From: a virus
Taxonomy: Duplodnaviria; Caudoviricetes
Direction: 5' to 3' (one strand)
DNA length: 64,000 nt
IMG/VR virus record: IMGVR_UViG_3300032030_000005
Location: 1 to 64,000 of that record
Position 1 is the first letter of the stretch, and each line of letters opens with the position of its first letter. A program made the translations under genes and the position numbers. Under the pieces are notes generated by a model, which saw only the letters and a program-made list of their open reading frames with translations, made no database searches and was not told the DNA's origin. This document shows, piece by piece, positions 9,605 through 20,859 of the stretch.

Positions 9605-9753
9605 ATCTTTTACACATATTTGGCATTATACTAGTTGTTACATTTGGATTACTAATGCTTGCATTAGTGATTTGGGTGTTTCATGCTGTAATAAATGGTA
9701 TAAAAGATGATAATATTTTTATAGAATGGAAAAAGAAGAATAATAAGAAATAA
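9601..9753 (+). CDS. Small single-pass membrane protein (50 aa, MNLLHIFGIILVVTFGLLML...)
   Basis: ATGA overlap with the upstream stop; AAGGAG SD; Lys-rich tail. Confidence 0.7.
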   Translation: MNLLHIFGIILVVTFGLLMLALVIWVFHAVINGIKDDNIFIEWKKKNNKK

Positions 9754-9757
9754 AATT

Positions 9758-9790
9758 ATATCCCTAAAGGTTAATAACCTTTAGGGATAT
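9758..9790. terminator. Bidirectional terminator (CCCTAAAG family)
   Basis: atatccctaaaggtt-aat-aacctttagggatat; near-identical copy at 53100-53132. Confidence 0.85.
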
Positions 9791-9810
9791 TTTTTTTTTT
9801 AGATTATAAA

Positions 9811-12800
9811 TTAGTTAAGTAATGCTTTAAGTCTAATAAGTTCATCTACTGTAAAATGAACAGATTTAAAGTCAGCACCAGCACCGGAAGAGAATTCAAT
9901 ACCTTCATTATCTGCTTTAATTGAGAAATTCTGATAAATTCTCACTTCAGCGTTTTCAGAAAGTTCAAGAATAGGTGAACCATTATCTTTTACAAGATGT
10001 CTGTTCCATCCTTCTGGACCCATATAATAACATTTATCAGCTTGTACTGTAATAGTATAATTACCAGACTCTCCAGTATGACTCATATAAGTAATACCTT
10101 CAAGTTTCTGATATCTTGTACTTAATGCATAAGCTTCTAAATCATCTAAAGCTTGTTGATCAAGACTAACTGAAGGATCTGTTGTTGTAGTTGATGTAAA
10201 TGTAAAGTTTTTATTTGCTATAGGAGCATCTGTGTCTGTAATAACACCAGTCATTTGGAAACCAGATCCATCATATACACCAATATATGGATTATCAGCA
10301 ACTTTGGCAACTGGAGATGCCCATGTATAATCATCACTATCAAAGATTCGATTACTAAGGCCCGGAACATTTCTATAGCCTCTATTACCAGATCTCATAA
10401 TAAATCTAGAAGCATTCCACATTTCACTATGTGAATTTTCAGCATATTGTACAAAAGCATTATTATTAAAATGTAATTCAACTTTTTCGCCATCTCTATT
10501 TGCTATATCTAAGATTTGAATACTTTCATTACTACTACCACACATCTTAATTCTAGCTGATTGTTTAATTTCAATAACTGGAGTTGTAGTTGCTGGTTTC
10601 GGATTATCTTCAAGATATTTAGTAACACCATAACCCTTAGTATAACCAAGATTTTCATCATAATTATAGAAATATATAAGAGGATTATTGATACTATAAC
10701 TTCTTTGTGTAGTACCATCATTAACTAAATAATAATACCATTGATAACTACCATTATAATGAATTGATGATATCATCTGTGTAGTACCATCTATACTTAA
10801 TTCATGAAGTTGTCTTGAAACATTTGATTCATGAGCATTTACATAATTATACATAGACATCATTGTTGAATCAAAATGAAGTGATGGTTGATAAGCTGTA
10901 AATAAGAATTTTTCTTTAATCCATGTTTGGAATGTAGAATTAGTAAGTATAGATTTTAATTTATCACCAACAGGTGTGGTTGTGTAATATCTAGAATCTG
11001 TACTTGGTTGATAATAACTATAACAATACTGTACAAATACCATATAAGTTTCAAAGAAATAATTAGACCAATTAGATAAAGTATCTTTTACATCTTGAAT
11101 ATGATCATGTGTAATATAAGTTATATCAGTATCATACCAACTTTCATGTCCGACTAAAGCTGTATAAGCATTATAAATTTGTCCTTGTTTTGGTAATAAT
11201 ACTTTGTATTCTTCATATTCTGTTTTACCTACAATATTTGTTGTAACATATGTATTACTCATAGTACTTTCATCAATAAATGAATTACCAGTCATAATAT
11301 CTAATGTAACACTATAATAATTATCTCTAATACCATAATCATATAAATAATGAACTGCATCTTTTTTACTGAAATATCCACTTGGCATATGTCTAAGACC
11401 ATATGTTAAATAACCAGTTTTTGCATATACATTGGATAAAACTCTATCATCTAGTTTTCTATCATAGCCTGCACCTTGAGTAGAATTACTAATATAGTTT
11501 TTATCTTGAGGTCCGAAATGGAAGTATTCACCAGTCATATCAAGTATTGGATATTCGTAATCCATAAATCCACGATGATTATAATCTGAATAACCATTGT
11601 TTTTAGTTCTCATATAAATAGTACCAGCACCCTCTAATGAGAGATTCGATACGTCACCAAAACGAACAAGTGGTGCATCTTCCATTAATAATGTAGATCT
11701 ATTAGTTACTTTAACATTACTGTTACCTTGAATTACAAGTGATGATGGACCTTCCATTTTAAGCCATGCTGCATTGGTTAAAGTTGCAACAGATCTACCA
11801 GTCATTTCTAAATAGCTATTATGATGTGAATCTAATGATGGTGCATAACTACCTGGTTCATATCCACTCCATCGTGGTGGATCAAATAAGAAATCATTTG
11901 TACCTTTTATACTAACTAATAAACAATATGTATCAGCAATATTAAATACACATTCAGGTGCTGTATCACCGCTTATTATATAATAAGGTTCGGAATTATT
12001 TGTTAAATATGATTTTATTCCAATTGTAAGAGTCTTACTTTGAACGTTAGATGAACCCGGATATGAAGTTTCTATTGTAAATGTTGGATCATTTAAGAAA
12101 CTTGATGTTGGATGTCCTTCATTCTTTTGATAACTTGAACCTTCAAGGCCTTTTGGATTTTCGCTATATACTCTTATAAGTTGTGATTTTTCATGAGCTT
12201 TTAATTCTTCAATTGTAGGCATATGGTCAATATCACTCTTTAATATATACAGCCAATAAAATTTCTTAAATTCATCAAAGAATCTGTCATCCATATTAAA
12301 TCTAGTTTTACCATGCATACGGAAAATAGTCTGCTGAATACCTTCTGACATATCATTACCCGGATATTTAGCTGTTGGATTATGACCACAATCCATTTCA
12401 ATTGTTGCATAATCATGTAATCTTACACGAGCTTTACCATCAATATTGACTTCAGGTTCATCATGCATAAATACTTTAGCTTTTTCACGTACTCTTACAT
12501 CAGCATCTTGAGTTAATTCTAATACAGGATTTCCAGCAATCTTTGTTGCATATCTAGACCACCATTCTGGTCCTACATATTTAAATTTAAAATTATTAAT
12601 TGTAATAGTATAATTACCAGATTCACCAGAAGCTGTAACTGTACCACCTGATACATAATTAGCATAATTCTTTGCTTCAGTATAAAGAACAGCATTAAGA
12701 TCACTAATAGCTTGAGCATCTAATCCAGTTGTAGGATCTTGAGTAGTAGTTGATGTAAATGTTATTGCAGTAGTCTGTGTCTGTTCAGTATCAGTAATCC

Positions 12801-15800
12801 ATGTACCTGACATATGGATGAATGAAGCATCATACATACCAAAATTAGGTGAATCTTCTGTAACCTGAACAGGTCTTGTCCATTTATGCCAGTAAGTTGT
12901 AGTATTTTTACCAGTTGTATACTCATATATATCATTCCAAGGATATTTATTATCAGCTAACGCACCTCTCATGATACTTCTTGATTTATCATGCATTTCA
13001 GAATGACTATCACCTGTATGCTGTAAGTAAGTATTACCACTAATTAAAAGATTAATAGATTCTCCAGCTTTACCACCTATTTGAATATAAGATCTAGAAC
13101 TTGCCTGTCCACCAATATTTACAATAGAATCATTTTTAATCTGAATTGTAGGTGTACAGTATTCTTCAAAGAAAGTTCTAATAATATCTGGATTTGGACT
13201 ATATTGATCCGTATCTACTTCTGTAAAACACTGATCAAAATAAGACGTTGCACTAGTATAACCAGCACTCTTATAATTTCCAGTAAATGAATTTAATTGT
13301 GTATTTGTCATTCTTGAAGGAAGTTGAGTATCTATAATCACACCATCTTCCATTGCTATTGATGAGAATTTAGCACTATCTGTTGTTGAAACTGCAACAA
13401 ATTTAGGATAATAAGTATCCATAGCACCATACATACTAACTTTTATTGGAAGTATATAGATATAATTATTTATTTCAGTACTTGTAATTCCATAAGAACT
13501 ATAGTTAGTCATAACATCTGTTGGAGTATCCCAATCAGTTCTAAATACAACTAACATATCAAGTACATCTTCCCATCCAGTAATATTCATAATACTGTTA
13601 ATATAGTTATTTCTAAACCAACCATATACTGAGAAACCATCAACATAATACGAAGATTTATTATATACTAATTCATAAGCTTCTTTTATTTTACCAACCT
13701 TTGGAACAAGAGCTATGTCTCCATCTCTACCTGTATTAAGTGAACGTTTTGCTTTAATTTTTTCAATAATAGATTCTGTATTTTCAGGTAAAGAAACAAT
13801 ATGTCCTCTTAACCAAATACTATTATTAATATATGGCTTGCTAGTAGGATCAAAAAGATATCTATCAAAATAATAACCTAAAGATGCTACTTTATCTTCA
13901 ATTTCTTCTTTAGTAAAAGTTTCAGAGCTACTTCTAAAATAACTACATAAAGCCGCACCAGATTCTGCATATTGTAATCTGGTTGATGCTACAGCTCTAG
14001 ATTTATAAGATAAATCACAATCTTCAGTTGCACCTTGACTACTATGTACTAATGATATATAATTAGAATTTATTAAATCACTATAAGTTCCACCTATTGC
14101 AACAGGTCCAACATTAAAAGCATTTCCATCCCATTCAATACATACTGGAATTTGTGCAGTATCACTAGTTGGTCTACCAGACATTAAACTAATAGTATTT
14201 AAATCATCAATATCAATAACTGATTTATTTGTTGTGCAAATAACTGAATTATCAGTCATATGAAGACCTGCATAATCATACATTTCAATATGTGAGTCAT
14301 CCTGCATTGCAATATATGAAGTGCCTTTCATATTAAGAACCGCACCATGCATCATATCAATTACAGCTTTATGTTTCATCATTAAAAGACATTCATATTT
14401 AGCATTAGTTGTTCTAAATAAATTTCCTGGTAATGATACTTGATTGCTATAAATATCTTCAAAATGATAACTTGATCCAGATGATTGGTGTCTAGTATAA
14501 TTAGTACCACCAGATATTGATTTAGTATATATTTCACCACATGTATAATTAAAAGAACAATAATAACAAGGAATTGCTGTTCCTTCAGGATAAACATTGC
14601 CGCTAAACACAAATACACTAGGTTGATTATAAGCATGATTAAATTTATAAACAAAATTAGATTCTTCTTTAAGTTCATTTAAATATGTAGCACCATTTTT
14701 ATCCATTGCAAATCCATTAGTTGATGTACCATAAGTATCATCTACGTTCGCATGAGTACTATAATTATAATATACAAAACCATTTACTGCATTCATTATC
14801 TCATCAATGGTTGGAGGAGTATCTGGATCATCTAAATCTTCTTTTTTAATATAACATTGAATAGCACCTGAATATTGATTTACTGTTTTGGTAGTACTAT
14901 TAGTATACATACCTTCCATCATGATAGAAGCATTACCTCTAACACTAAAATAAGGGTTACATCTACCATATTGATCATCAATTTCAACCATACCGCCGTG
15001 CATTCTTACTACATTATCACCAGTTAAATCTACTTCAGTATCTCCACCTGCAATAACTTTTGCACCATTTTTAAGAATAAGATGTGAATAATTACTTTTA
15101 TATCTTCTATTATTATATGAATAAGAAGTTTTATCTTCATTAGTTAATTCTTCAGCAGTCTTACCTTTAACAGTTTGATTTGTAATCATTATTTGTTTTG
15201 TAGATAATTCAGATTCATTATCAAGGTCTATAGCAAGTCTTGTTTCATTATAGCCTTTTGATATTTGTTGACTTTCTGGAGCATATTCAGAAGGAACTGC
15301 TGGTTCTTCTATAAAATCAATTACATCAACATAAGCATTTGTACCTTGAGCCCAATCATTTCCATCACCAACTATAACTTGATTTACATCAGCGTCTATA
15401 GTCTGTTCAGCACCTGATACATTAATAACACCGGCATCAGTTGTATCACCATTAGTATATGTAATATAAAGATGATTATCAACAGTAACTTCTACATTAG
15501 CAATACCATTACCATCTTCACCATCAGAACCATCCTGACCGGCTGGACCAGTAATATCTGCAATACTAATTAAATTTCTCCAGTCATTAGCGCCTTCAGT
15601 GGTATATTTCCATTGAATATGGGTATCGCCCTTACGAAGTTCAATTTCTCTACCATCAGTACCGTCTTGACCATCTTCACCATCTTGTCCATCTGCACCT
15701 GTAATATCAGCTAAGCTTACAAGATTACGCCAATCATTTTCTCCTTCAGTAGTATATTTCCATTGAATATGGGTTTCACCCTTACGAAGTTCAATTTCTC

Positions 15801-16656
15801 TACCGTCTTGACCATCTTGTCCGTCTTGTCCATCAGCACCAGCTGGACCTTGAGGACCTGTTGCACCTCTGAGCTCACTAAGATCATATATATCAACCCA
15901 GCTTTGAGGATCTTCTGGATCATCATTTTCATATCTATAATATAAGTGATCATTTTCAGCCTTAAGGACTATAGCTTCTCCATCCTGTCCATCTTGACCG
16001 TCAGCACCAGCTGGACCTTGAGGACCAATATCACCTGTTTCACCAGTATCACCTTTTTGACCTTTAAGTAATTCAGTACTCATAAGATCAAGCCATTCAG
16101 CTGGAGGATCTTGTTCTACTGGACGATATTGAATATATGGATAAGGAACTCTATCGTCTACCTGAAATTCAATCCAAGGACCATCTTCACCTTGAGGACC
16201 AATTGGACCTATAGGACCAATATCACCTACTACTTTACCAACGTTATCATCTACACCGTCAGAATATATTACATGTAAGTAGCCTTCATTATCAATGTTA
16301 GTAGATCTTATAGTTCTACCTTCACCACCGCCACCATTTACATATTCAATATATTCACCAACGAAGTAACCCGGTACAATATCATAAGGACCTGGATTAT
16401 AATCAGCTTGCTTACGAACTATTTTACCTGTTCTACCAATTCTGTAACCATCTTCAGTAGATAATACTTTATAATATTTGTCTTCGAATTCAGAATAGAA
16501 TATCATACCTATATATGGGAAATGAATTTTATCATCTAATTCATTAAGAGATGATGTTACTAAACGACCATCGACTGGAATGTTCTTCCACATCTTAATA
16601 GATTTATTTAATGATACGTCTCTATCATGATTATCATGAAACATAAGTTTTAACAT
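9811..16656 (-). CDS. Giant tail fibre/spike protein with collagen-like and beta-solenoid repeats
   Basis: 2281 aa; G-X-Y runs, two DGREIELRKGxTHIQWKY repeats, IxMxDxS-type rungs; paralog of 16727-20707. Confidence 0.75.
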   Translation of the reverse strand: MLKLMFHDNHDRDVSLNKSIKMWKNIPVDGRLVTSSLNELDDKIHFPYIGMIFYSEFEDKYYKVLSTEDGYRIGRTGKIVRKQADYNPGPYDIVPGYFVGEYIEYVNGGGGEGRTIRSTNIDNEGYLHVIYSDGVDDNVGKVVGDIGPIGPIGPQGEDGPWIEFQVDDRVPYPYIQYRPVEQDPPAEWLDLMSTELLKGQKGDTGETGDIGPQGPAGADGQDGQDGEAIVLKAENDHLYYRYENDDPEDPQSWVDIYDLSELRGATGPQGPAGADGQDGQDGQDGREIELRKGETHIQWKYTTEGENDWRNLVSLADITGADGQDGEDGQDGTDGREIELRKGDTHIQWKYTTEGANDWRNLISIADITGPAGQDGSDGEDGNGIANVEVTVDNHLYITYTNGDTTDAGVINVSGAEQTIDADVNQVIVGDGNDWAQGTNAYVDVIDFIEEPAVPSEYAPESQQISKGYNETRLAIDLDNESELSTKQIMITNQTVKGKTAEELTNEDKTSYSYNNRRYKSNYSHLILKNGAKVIAGGDTEVDLTGDNVVRMHGGMVEIDDQYGRCNPYFSVRGNASIMMEGMYTNSTTKTVNQYSGAIQCYIKKEDLDDPDTPPTIDEIMNAVNGFVYYNYSTHANVDDTYGTSTNGFAMDKNGATYLNELKEESNFVYKFNHAYNQPSVFVFSGNVYPEGTAIPCYYCSFNYTCGEIYTKSISGGTNYTRHQSSGSSYHFEDIYSNQVSLPGNLFRTTNAKYECLLMMKHKAVIDMMHGAVLNMKGTSYIAMQDDSHIEMYDYAGLHMTDNSVICTTNKSVIDIDDLNTISLMSGRPTSDTAQIPVCIEWDGNAFNVGPVAIGGTYSDLINSNYISLVHSSQGATEDCDLSYKSRAVASTRLQYAESGAALCSYFRSSSETFTKEEIEDKVASLGYYFDRYLFDPTSKPYINNSIWLRGHIVSLPENTESIIEKIKAKRSLNTGRDGDIALVPKVGKIKEAYELVYNKSSYYVDGFSVYGWFRNNYINSIMNITGWEDVLDMLVVFRTDWDTPTDVMTNYSSYGITSTEINNYIYILPIKVSMYGAMDTYYPKFVAVSTTDSAKFSSIAMEDGVIIDTQLPSRMTNTQLNSFTGNYKSAGYTSATSYFDQCFTEVDTDQYSPNPDIIRTFFEEYCTPTIQIKNDSIVNIGGQASSRSYIQIGGKAGESINLLISGNTYLQHTGDSHSEMHDKSRSIMRGALADNKYPWNDIYEYTTGKNTTTYWHKWTRPVQVTEDSPNFGMYDASFIHMSGTWITDTEQTQTTAITFTSTTTQDPTTGLDAQAISDLNAVLYTEAKNYANYVSGGTVTASGESGNYTITINNFKFKYVGPEWWSRYATKIAGNPVLELTQDADVRVREKAKVFMHDEPEVNIDGKARVRLHDYATIEMDCGHNPTAKYPGNDMSEGIQQTIFRMHGKTRFNMDDRFFDEFKKFYWLYILKSDIDHMPTIEELKAHEKSQLIRVYSENPKGLEGSSYQKNEGHPTSSFLNDPTFTIETSYPGSSNVQSKTLTIGIKSYLTNNSEPYYIISGDTAPECVFNIADTYCLLVSIKGTNDFLFDPPRWSGYEPGSYAPSLDSHHNSYLEMTGRSVATLTNAAWLKMEGPSSLVIQGNSNVKVTNRSTLLMEDAPLVRFGDVSNLSLEGAGTIYMRTKNNGYSDYNHRGFMDYEYPILDMTGEYFHFGPQDKNYISNSTQGAGYDRKLDDRVLSNVYAKTGYLTYGLRHMPSGYFSKKDAVHYLYDYGIRDNYYSVTLDIMTGNSFIDESTMSNTYVTTNIVGKTEYEEYKVLLPKQGQIYNAYTALVGHESWYDTDITYITHDHIQDVKDTLSNWSNYFFETYMVFVQYCYSYYQPSTDSRYYTTTPVGDKLKSILTNSTFQTWIKEKFLFTAYQPSLHFDSTMMSMYNYVNAHESNVSRQLHELSIDGTTQMISSIHYNGSYQWYYYLVNDGTTQRSYSINNPLIYFYNYDENLGYTKGYGVTKYLEDNPKPATTTPVIEIKQSARIKMCGSSNESIQILDIANRDGEKVELHFNNNAFVQYAENSHSEMWNASRFIMRSGNRGYRNVPGLSNRIFDSDDYTWASPVAKVADNPYIGVYDGSGFQMTGVITDTDAPIANKNFTFTSTTTTDPSVSLDQQALDDLEAYALSTRYQKLEGITYMSHTGESGNYTITVQADKCYYMGPEGWNRHLVKDNGSPILELSENAEVRIYQNFSIKADNEGIEFSSGAGADFKSVHFTVDELIRLKALLN
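15593..15804 (-). repeat. Intragenic direct repeat (two near-identical copies of about 60 bp)
   Basis: ccttcagt(g/a)gtatatttccattgaatatgggt..c.cccttacgaagttcaatttctctacc at about 15593-15654 and 15743-15804. Confidence 0.85.
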
Positions 16657-16726
16657 TCCTTTCTATAATAAAATAATATAATAGAGCTTAATATAAAATT
16701 AAGCTCTATTATTTTTATGTTTTTAA

Positions 16727-19700
16727 TTATAATGAATTCTTAAGAGCCTTTAATTCTGCAATTGTAAATTTAACTGAATCAGTACCATCTGAGAATTCAA
16801 TACCATCATTATCAGCTTTAATTGAGAAACTATCATGAAGTCTTAATTCAGCATCCTGTGTTAATTCTAACACTGGAGAACCTGGAATCTTTGTAGCATA
16901 TCTTGACCATCCTTCAGGACCAGTGTACTTAACCTTAAATCCTGTAATCTTAAGAGTATAACCACCACTTACTGGATGTGAAATAACTGTTACAGTACCG
17001 CCACTTGAATATACACAGCCTTCTCCATCTGCAGCTAACTGTGCATTTAAATCATCAATTGCTTGCTGATCTAATCCTTCAGTAGGATCTGCTTCTGTAG
17101 ATGTTATAAATTGAATATAATCATGATGAATATATTGCCACTGATTATCTATCCATTTATATTCAGTTGCTTTAGTCCAGAAATCTACTTCATCTTCATC
17201 TGTAATCCATGTACCTGACATATGGAATGTAGCTTTATCATACATATTGATAAGTGGTCCATTATCATGAATCTGAATTGGAGATGAGAAATATTTTTGA
17301 TTGATGTCTGGACCAGTATAATCAGTCCAAGGCATCTTATAAGATTTATAAGCTGCTTCAAAAGTAGGACTTCTCATAATGAGCATTGATCCATCGTGCA
17401 TTTCTTCATGTGAATTTCCTGAATGATGAATAAATGAGTTATTCATAATATATACATTAGAAGTTTCGCCTTCCTTACCAGTCATTTGAAGGAATGTTCT
17501 ATAATTTTTAGCACCAAGATTTAACATTACATCTCCACATAAATGTACTGTAGGGAATACTTTTTCACTTAATAAGCCTTCTATTAAATAATTTGGTCTA
17601 TAAGTATCGGTATCTTCTTCTTCAAAGAAAAGTTCTAATGGATCAGCATTATTAATAGTAGGAAGTTCAGCTTCTGTTAATCTAGAGAAACATTTTTTTG
17701 TTGTATCACTAGAAATAGCATCTTCTGTGTCAAGACCACTAAATGATGAAGGATACTTAGTAGAAAGTGTATCAAGTAAATTCCAGTATTTAACTTGATA
17801 CTGTCCATCAATTGCATCAGGAGCTGCTGGAGTTAAATAAATTAAATTGCCCCATGATACACTATTTGAATATTTCTTATAAGCATCAGAACGTTTATCC
17901 CAACTAAATTTAGCAATAACTACTTTATCAAAAATGTCTTCCCAACCTGTCTGACTTGTTATTCTATTATAATATCTTGGATTAACCCATCCAAATTGAC
18001 TGTCAAAATAATAAGAATCAAAGTCATGTGCTTCTTTAATCTTACCTTTTTTAGGAATAAGCGTAACAGCTGGATCGAGACATTCCCAAGGACTCATATC
18101 AGATTTACCATCAAGAGGATAACCATCAGCTTCTAATTTAGCAATAATAGCTTCAGTACAGGATGGATCACATACTGCATTGCCTCTTATCATATATTTC
18201 TTAAGAATATTGAATTTCTCTGAAGTACAAATATATTCAAATCCCATATCCTTAAAGCCAAGCTTTATTTCATCTAATGTAAAAGTCTTATCAGTTGTAA
18301 ATCTTTTTACTAATGGCATACCAGTTGAAGGATGTGCCAGTCTTTTAAGATTTGCATTTCTTGTTGTACTACCACTTTGGTCTGTACAGCTTTTCTGCCA
18401 GTTAGAATCACTATCACCTAATCCATCTATATAAGCATGATTAATTCTAGGCCAATCATTTGTTGAAGAAGCAAATGTTGCTGTTTTAGTTGGTCCGATA
18501 TTAAAGTTAGAACCATCACTTTCAATTGTTGTTGGAATACAAGTATCGTCATCAGTATAATCATATTGACGTCCACCAGTAGTAGCCATGTTAATTGAAT
18601 TAAAATGATCCATATAAATTGATGTATAATCTCTAAGCCCTAAGTAACCATAGTTTTCTACATGAATAAATCCATCTTCTACGACTTCTGTTCTAGAATT
18701 ACCAGAACAGTTGATATAAGGAGAACCTGCCATTTTAAGAACAGAACCTTCCCTAAGTTCAAGAAGGGCATTATCTTTAAGGAATAAAAAGCTGTCTACG
18801 TGATCATTATAATCAGTAGTAGGGTTAGCTCTATCATTCGTAGTCCATGTAAAAGGATATTGTCTTGTATAGGTCTTTCTAGCATAAAATTTTGCACCAG
18901 ATTTAGCAGATATATTTACTCTATAATAATAAGTACCCCAACCGGTTCTAGTTACGTCTCCAATAGTAATATCATAATTTTCAGAATCAGTTACAATATT
19001 ATAATATTCAAGTGTATCTTCATTAGTGCTTAACTGATTACCACTTGAAGTAGATTTAAAATAACTTGTATAATGATATTCAGTTCTCCAACCAGTTAAA
19101 TTACCGCATTCTAAGAGTTCTTCTAATGTAGGTGTATTACTAAAATGTGATACTTCAGCTTGTATATAACCTGAATATTCTGTTTCTCCATGATATTTAG
19201 TCTGATCATAAGATGTACATCCTTCTAAATTTATAAATGTATAACCTCTTAAAACTACTTGTGGATTATAATTGCCATACCAGTCATCCATTTCAATGAG
19301 ACCACCATGAAGTCTAAGTGTTGTATCATTATCAATATCTATTTCTGATTCTCCACCAAGAATACATTTAGCAGTATCTTTCATTATAAATTTATAATAA
19401 TCACTATCATATTGTCTTATTTTATTACTATTATAAGTTTGAGCTTCACTATCTAAAGTTTCTAATGATTTACCATCAACGATCTGATTAGTAATCATAA
19501 ACTGTTTATTTTTATTATTATCATTTTCTTTAATTGATAATCTATATTCTTCACGTTCAGGAACTGAAGGAGATGATGGAGTATTCTGTAATACATCAAA
19601 ATATGTAGAACTTCCTTCAGCCCAATCATTACCATCACCAAAGATTAATTCATGCAAATCAGCATCAATTGTTTGGCTACCAGCAGGAAGAGTACCAGCA

Positions 19701-20707
19701 TCTATTTCTGAATCATCATCTAATATGAGTATAAGATGATTATTAAGAACATTTACACGAGCACCTTTAATACCCATACCTCTAGCACCATCTTGACCAT
19801 CAGCACCGGCTGGACCCTGTTCACCTTGAGGACCTTTTAAATCATCGTAGCTTACAAGGAATCTATATGATGAATTTGGTTCATCTTCATATTTCCATTC
19901 AAGACGTTCTAATTGATTATTACCTCTAACAACTATTTCTCTACCATCTTCACCATCTTCACCGGCACGACCAGTAGGACCTTGAGAGCCTGTTTCACCT
20001 TTAAGTTCATTAAGGTCAAATAAGAAAGTCCATTTATCTGGACTGGCATTTGTGGCTTTTGTCTGCAATTCATTCTCATCAGTAACTCTAAGTTGAACTC
20101 CTGGACCTTGAGGGCCTTGCGAACCAGTATCACCTTTCTTACCTTTAAGAAGTCCTGTATCATAAAGATCAATCCATGATGAAGGAGGATCTGTTACAGG
20201 TCTATACTGAATAAATGGATCAGGTTGTCTGTTATCTACCATTAATTCAATAGAAGGACCACTAGGACCTATTGGACCTTCATTACCAACAACTTTACCA
20301 ACCTTTTCATCTACACCATCTGTATATATAATGTGTAAATAACCTTGTGTATCTATATTAGTTGATGTAATAGATCTTGATTCTTTAGCACCATTCTCAT
20401 ATTCTTCATATGTGCCTACAAAATAGCCCGGTATAATATCAATAGGATTAACAGCATAATCAGCATTGATACGAATAATTCTACCAATTCTATTATTTCT
20501 GTAACCATCTTCAACTGATAATACTTTATAGTACTTATCTTCGAATTCAGAATAGAATATCATACCAACATAAGGAAAATGAATCTTATCATCTAATTCA
20601 TTTAATGAAGGTGTAACTAATCTACCATCAATAGGTAAATTTGCCCACATTCTGATAGGCTTATTAATAGAAACATCTCTATTGTCGTTACCATACATAT
20701 TAATCAT
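16727..20707 (-). CDS. Tail fibre/spike protein, collagen-like (likely start ATG 20698)
   Basis: 1326 aa; shares N-terminal ~140 aa and C-terminal module with 9811-16656; late promoter upstream. Confidence 0.75.
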   Translation of the reverse strand: MINMYGNDNRDVSINKPIRMWANLPIDGRLVTPSLNELDDKIHFPYVGMIFYSEFEDKYYKVLSVEDGYRNNRIGRIIRINADYAVNPIDIIPGYFVGTYEEYENGAKESRSITSTNIDTQGYLHIIYTDGVDEKVGKVVGNEGPIGPSGPSIELMVDNRQPDPFIQYRPVTDPPSSWIDLYDTGLLKGKKGDTGSQGPQGPGVQLRVTDENELQTKATNASPDKWTFLFDLNELKGETGSQGPTGRAGEDGEDGREIVVRGNNQLERLEWKYEDEPNSSYRFLVSYDDLKGPQGEQGPAGADGQDGARGMGIKGARVNVLNNHLILILDDDSEIDAGTLPAGSQTIDADLHELIFGDGNDWAEGSSTYFDVLQNTPSSPSVPEREEYRLSIKENDNNKNKQFMITNQIVDGKSLETLDSEAQTYNSNKIRQYDSDYYKFIMKDTAKCILGGESEIDIDNDTTLRLHGGLIEMDDWYGNYNPQVVLRGYTFINLEGCTSYDQTKYHGETEYSGYIQAEVSHFSNTPTLEELLECGNLTGWRTEYHYTSYFKSTSSGNQLSTNEDTLEYYNIVTDSENYDITIGDVTRTGWGTYYYRVNISAKSGAKFYARKTYTRQYPFTWTTNDRANPTTDYNDHVDSFLFLKDNALLELREGSVLKMAGSPYINCSGNSRTEVVEDGFIHVENYGYLGLRDYTSIYMDHFNSINMATTGGRQYDYTDDDTCIPTTIESDGSNFNIGPTKTATFASSTNDWPRINHAYIDGLGDSDSNWQKSCTDQSGSTTRNANLKRLAHPSTGMPLVKRFTTDKTFTLDEIKLGFKDMGFEYICTSEKFNILKKYMIRGNAVCDPSCTEAIIAKLEADGYPLDGKSDMSPWECLDPAVTLIPKKGKIKEAHDFDSYYFDSQFGWVNPRYYNRITSQTGWEDIFDKVVIAKFSWDKRSDAYKKYSNSVSWGNLIYLTPAAPDAIDGQYQVKYWNLLDTLSTKYPSSFSGLDTEDAISSDTTKKCFSRLTEAELPTINNADPLELFFEEEDTDTYRPNYLIEGLLSEKVFPTVHLCGDVMLNLGAKNYRTFLQMTGKEGETSNVYIMNNSFIHHSGNSHEEMHDGSMLIMRSPTFEAAYKSYKMPWTDYTGPDINQKYFSSPIQIHDNGPLINMYDKATFHMSGTWITDEDEVDFWTKATEYKWIDNQWQYIHHDYIQFITSTEADPTEGLDQQAIDDLNAQLAADGEGCVYSSGGTVTVISHPVSGGYTLKITGFKVKYTGPEGWSRYATKIPGSPVLELTQDAELRLHDSFSIKADNDGIEFSDGTDSVKFTIAELKALKNSL

Positions 20708-20859
20708 TCCTTTCTAATTATTATTTATATAATAGTATAAGATACTGTTTGGGATAAGTATATAAGATAAAATAAAAAACCCTTAAGGAATCATCCTTAA
20801 GGGTTTTTAGTGGAGAAAAAGTAACGATTTTTATTTTGGAAATAAAACTTTAAGTAAAA

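Noticed and set aside
10509-20172. Short ORFs nested in or antisense to the fibre genes
   Set aside because: Shadow frames of long, well-supported genes; no SD or promoter
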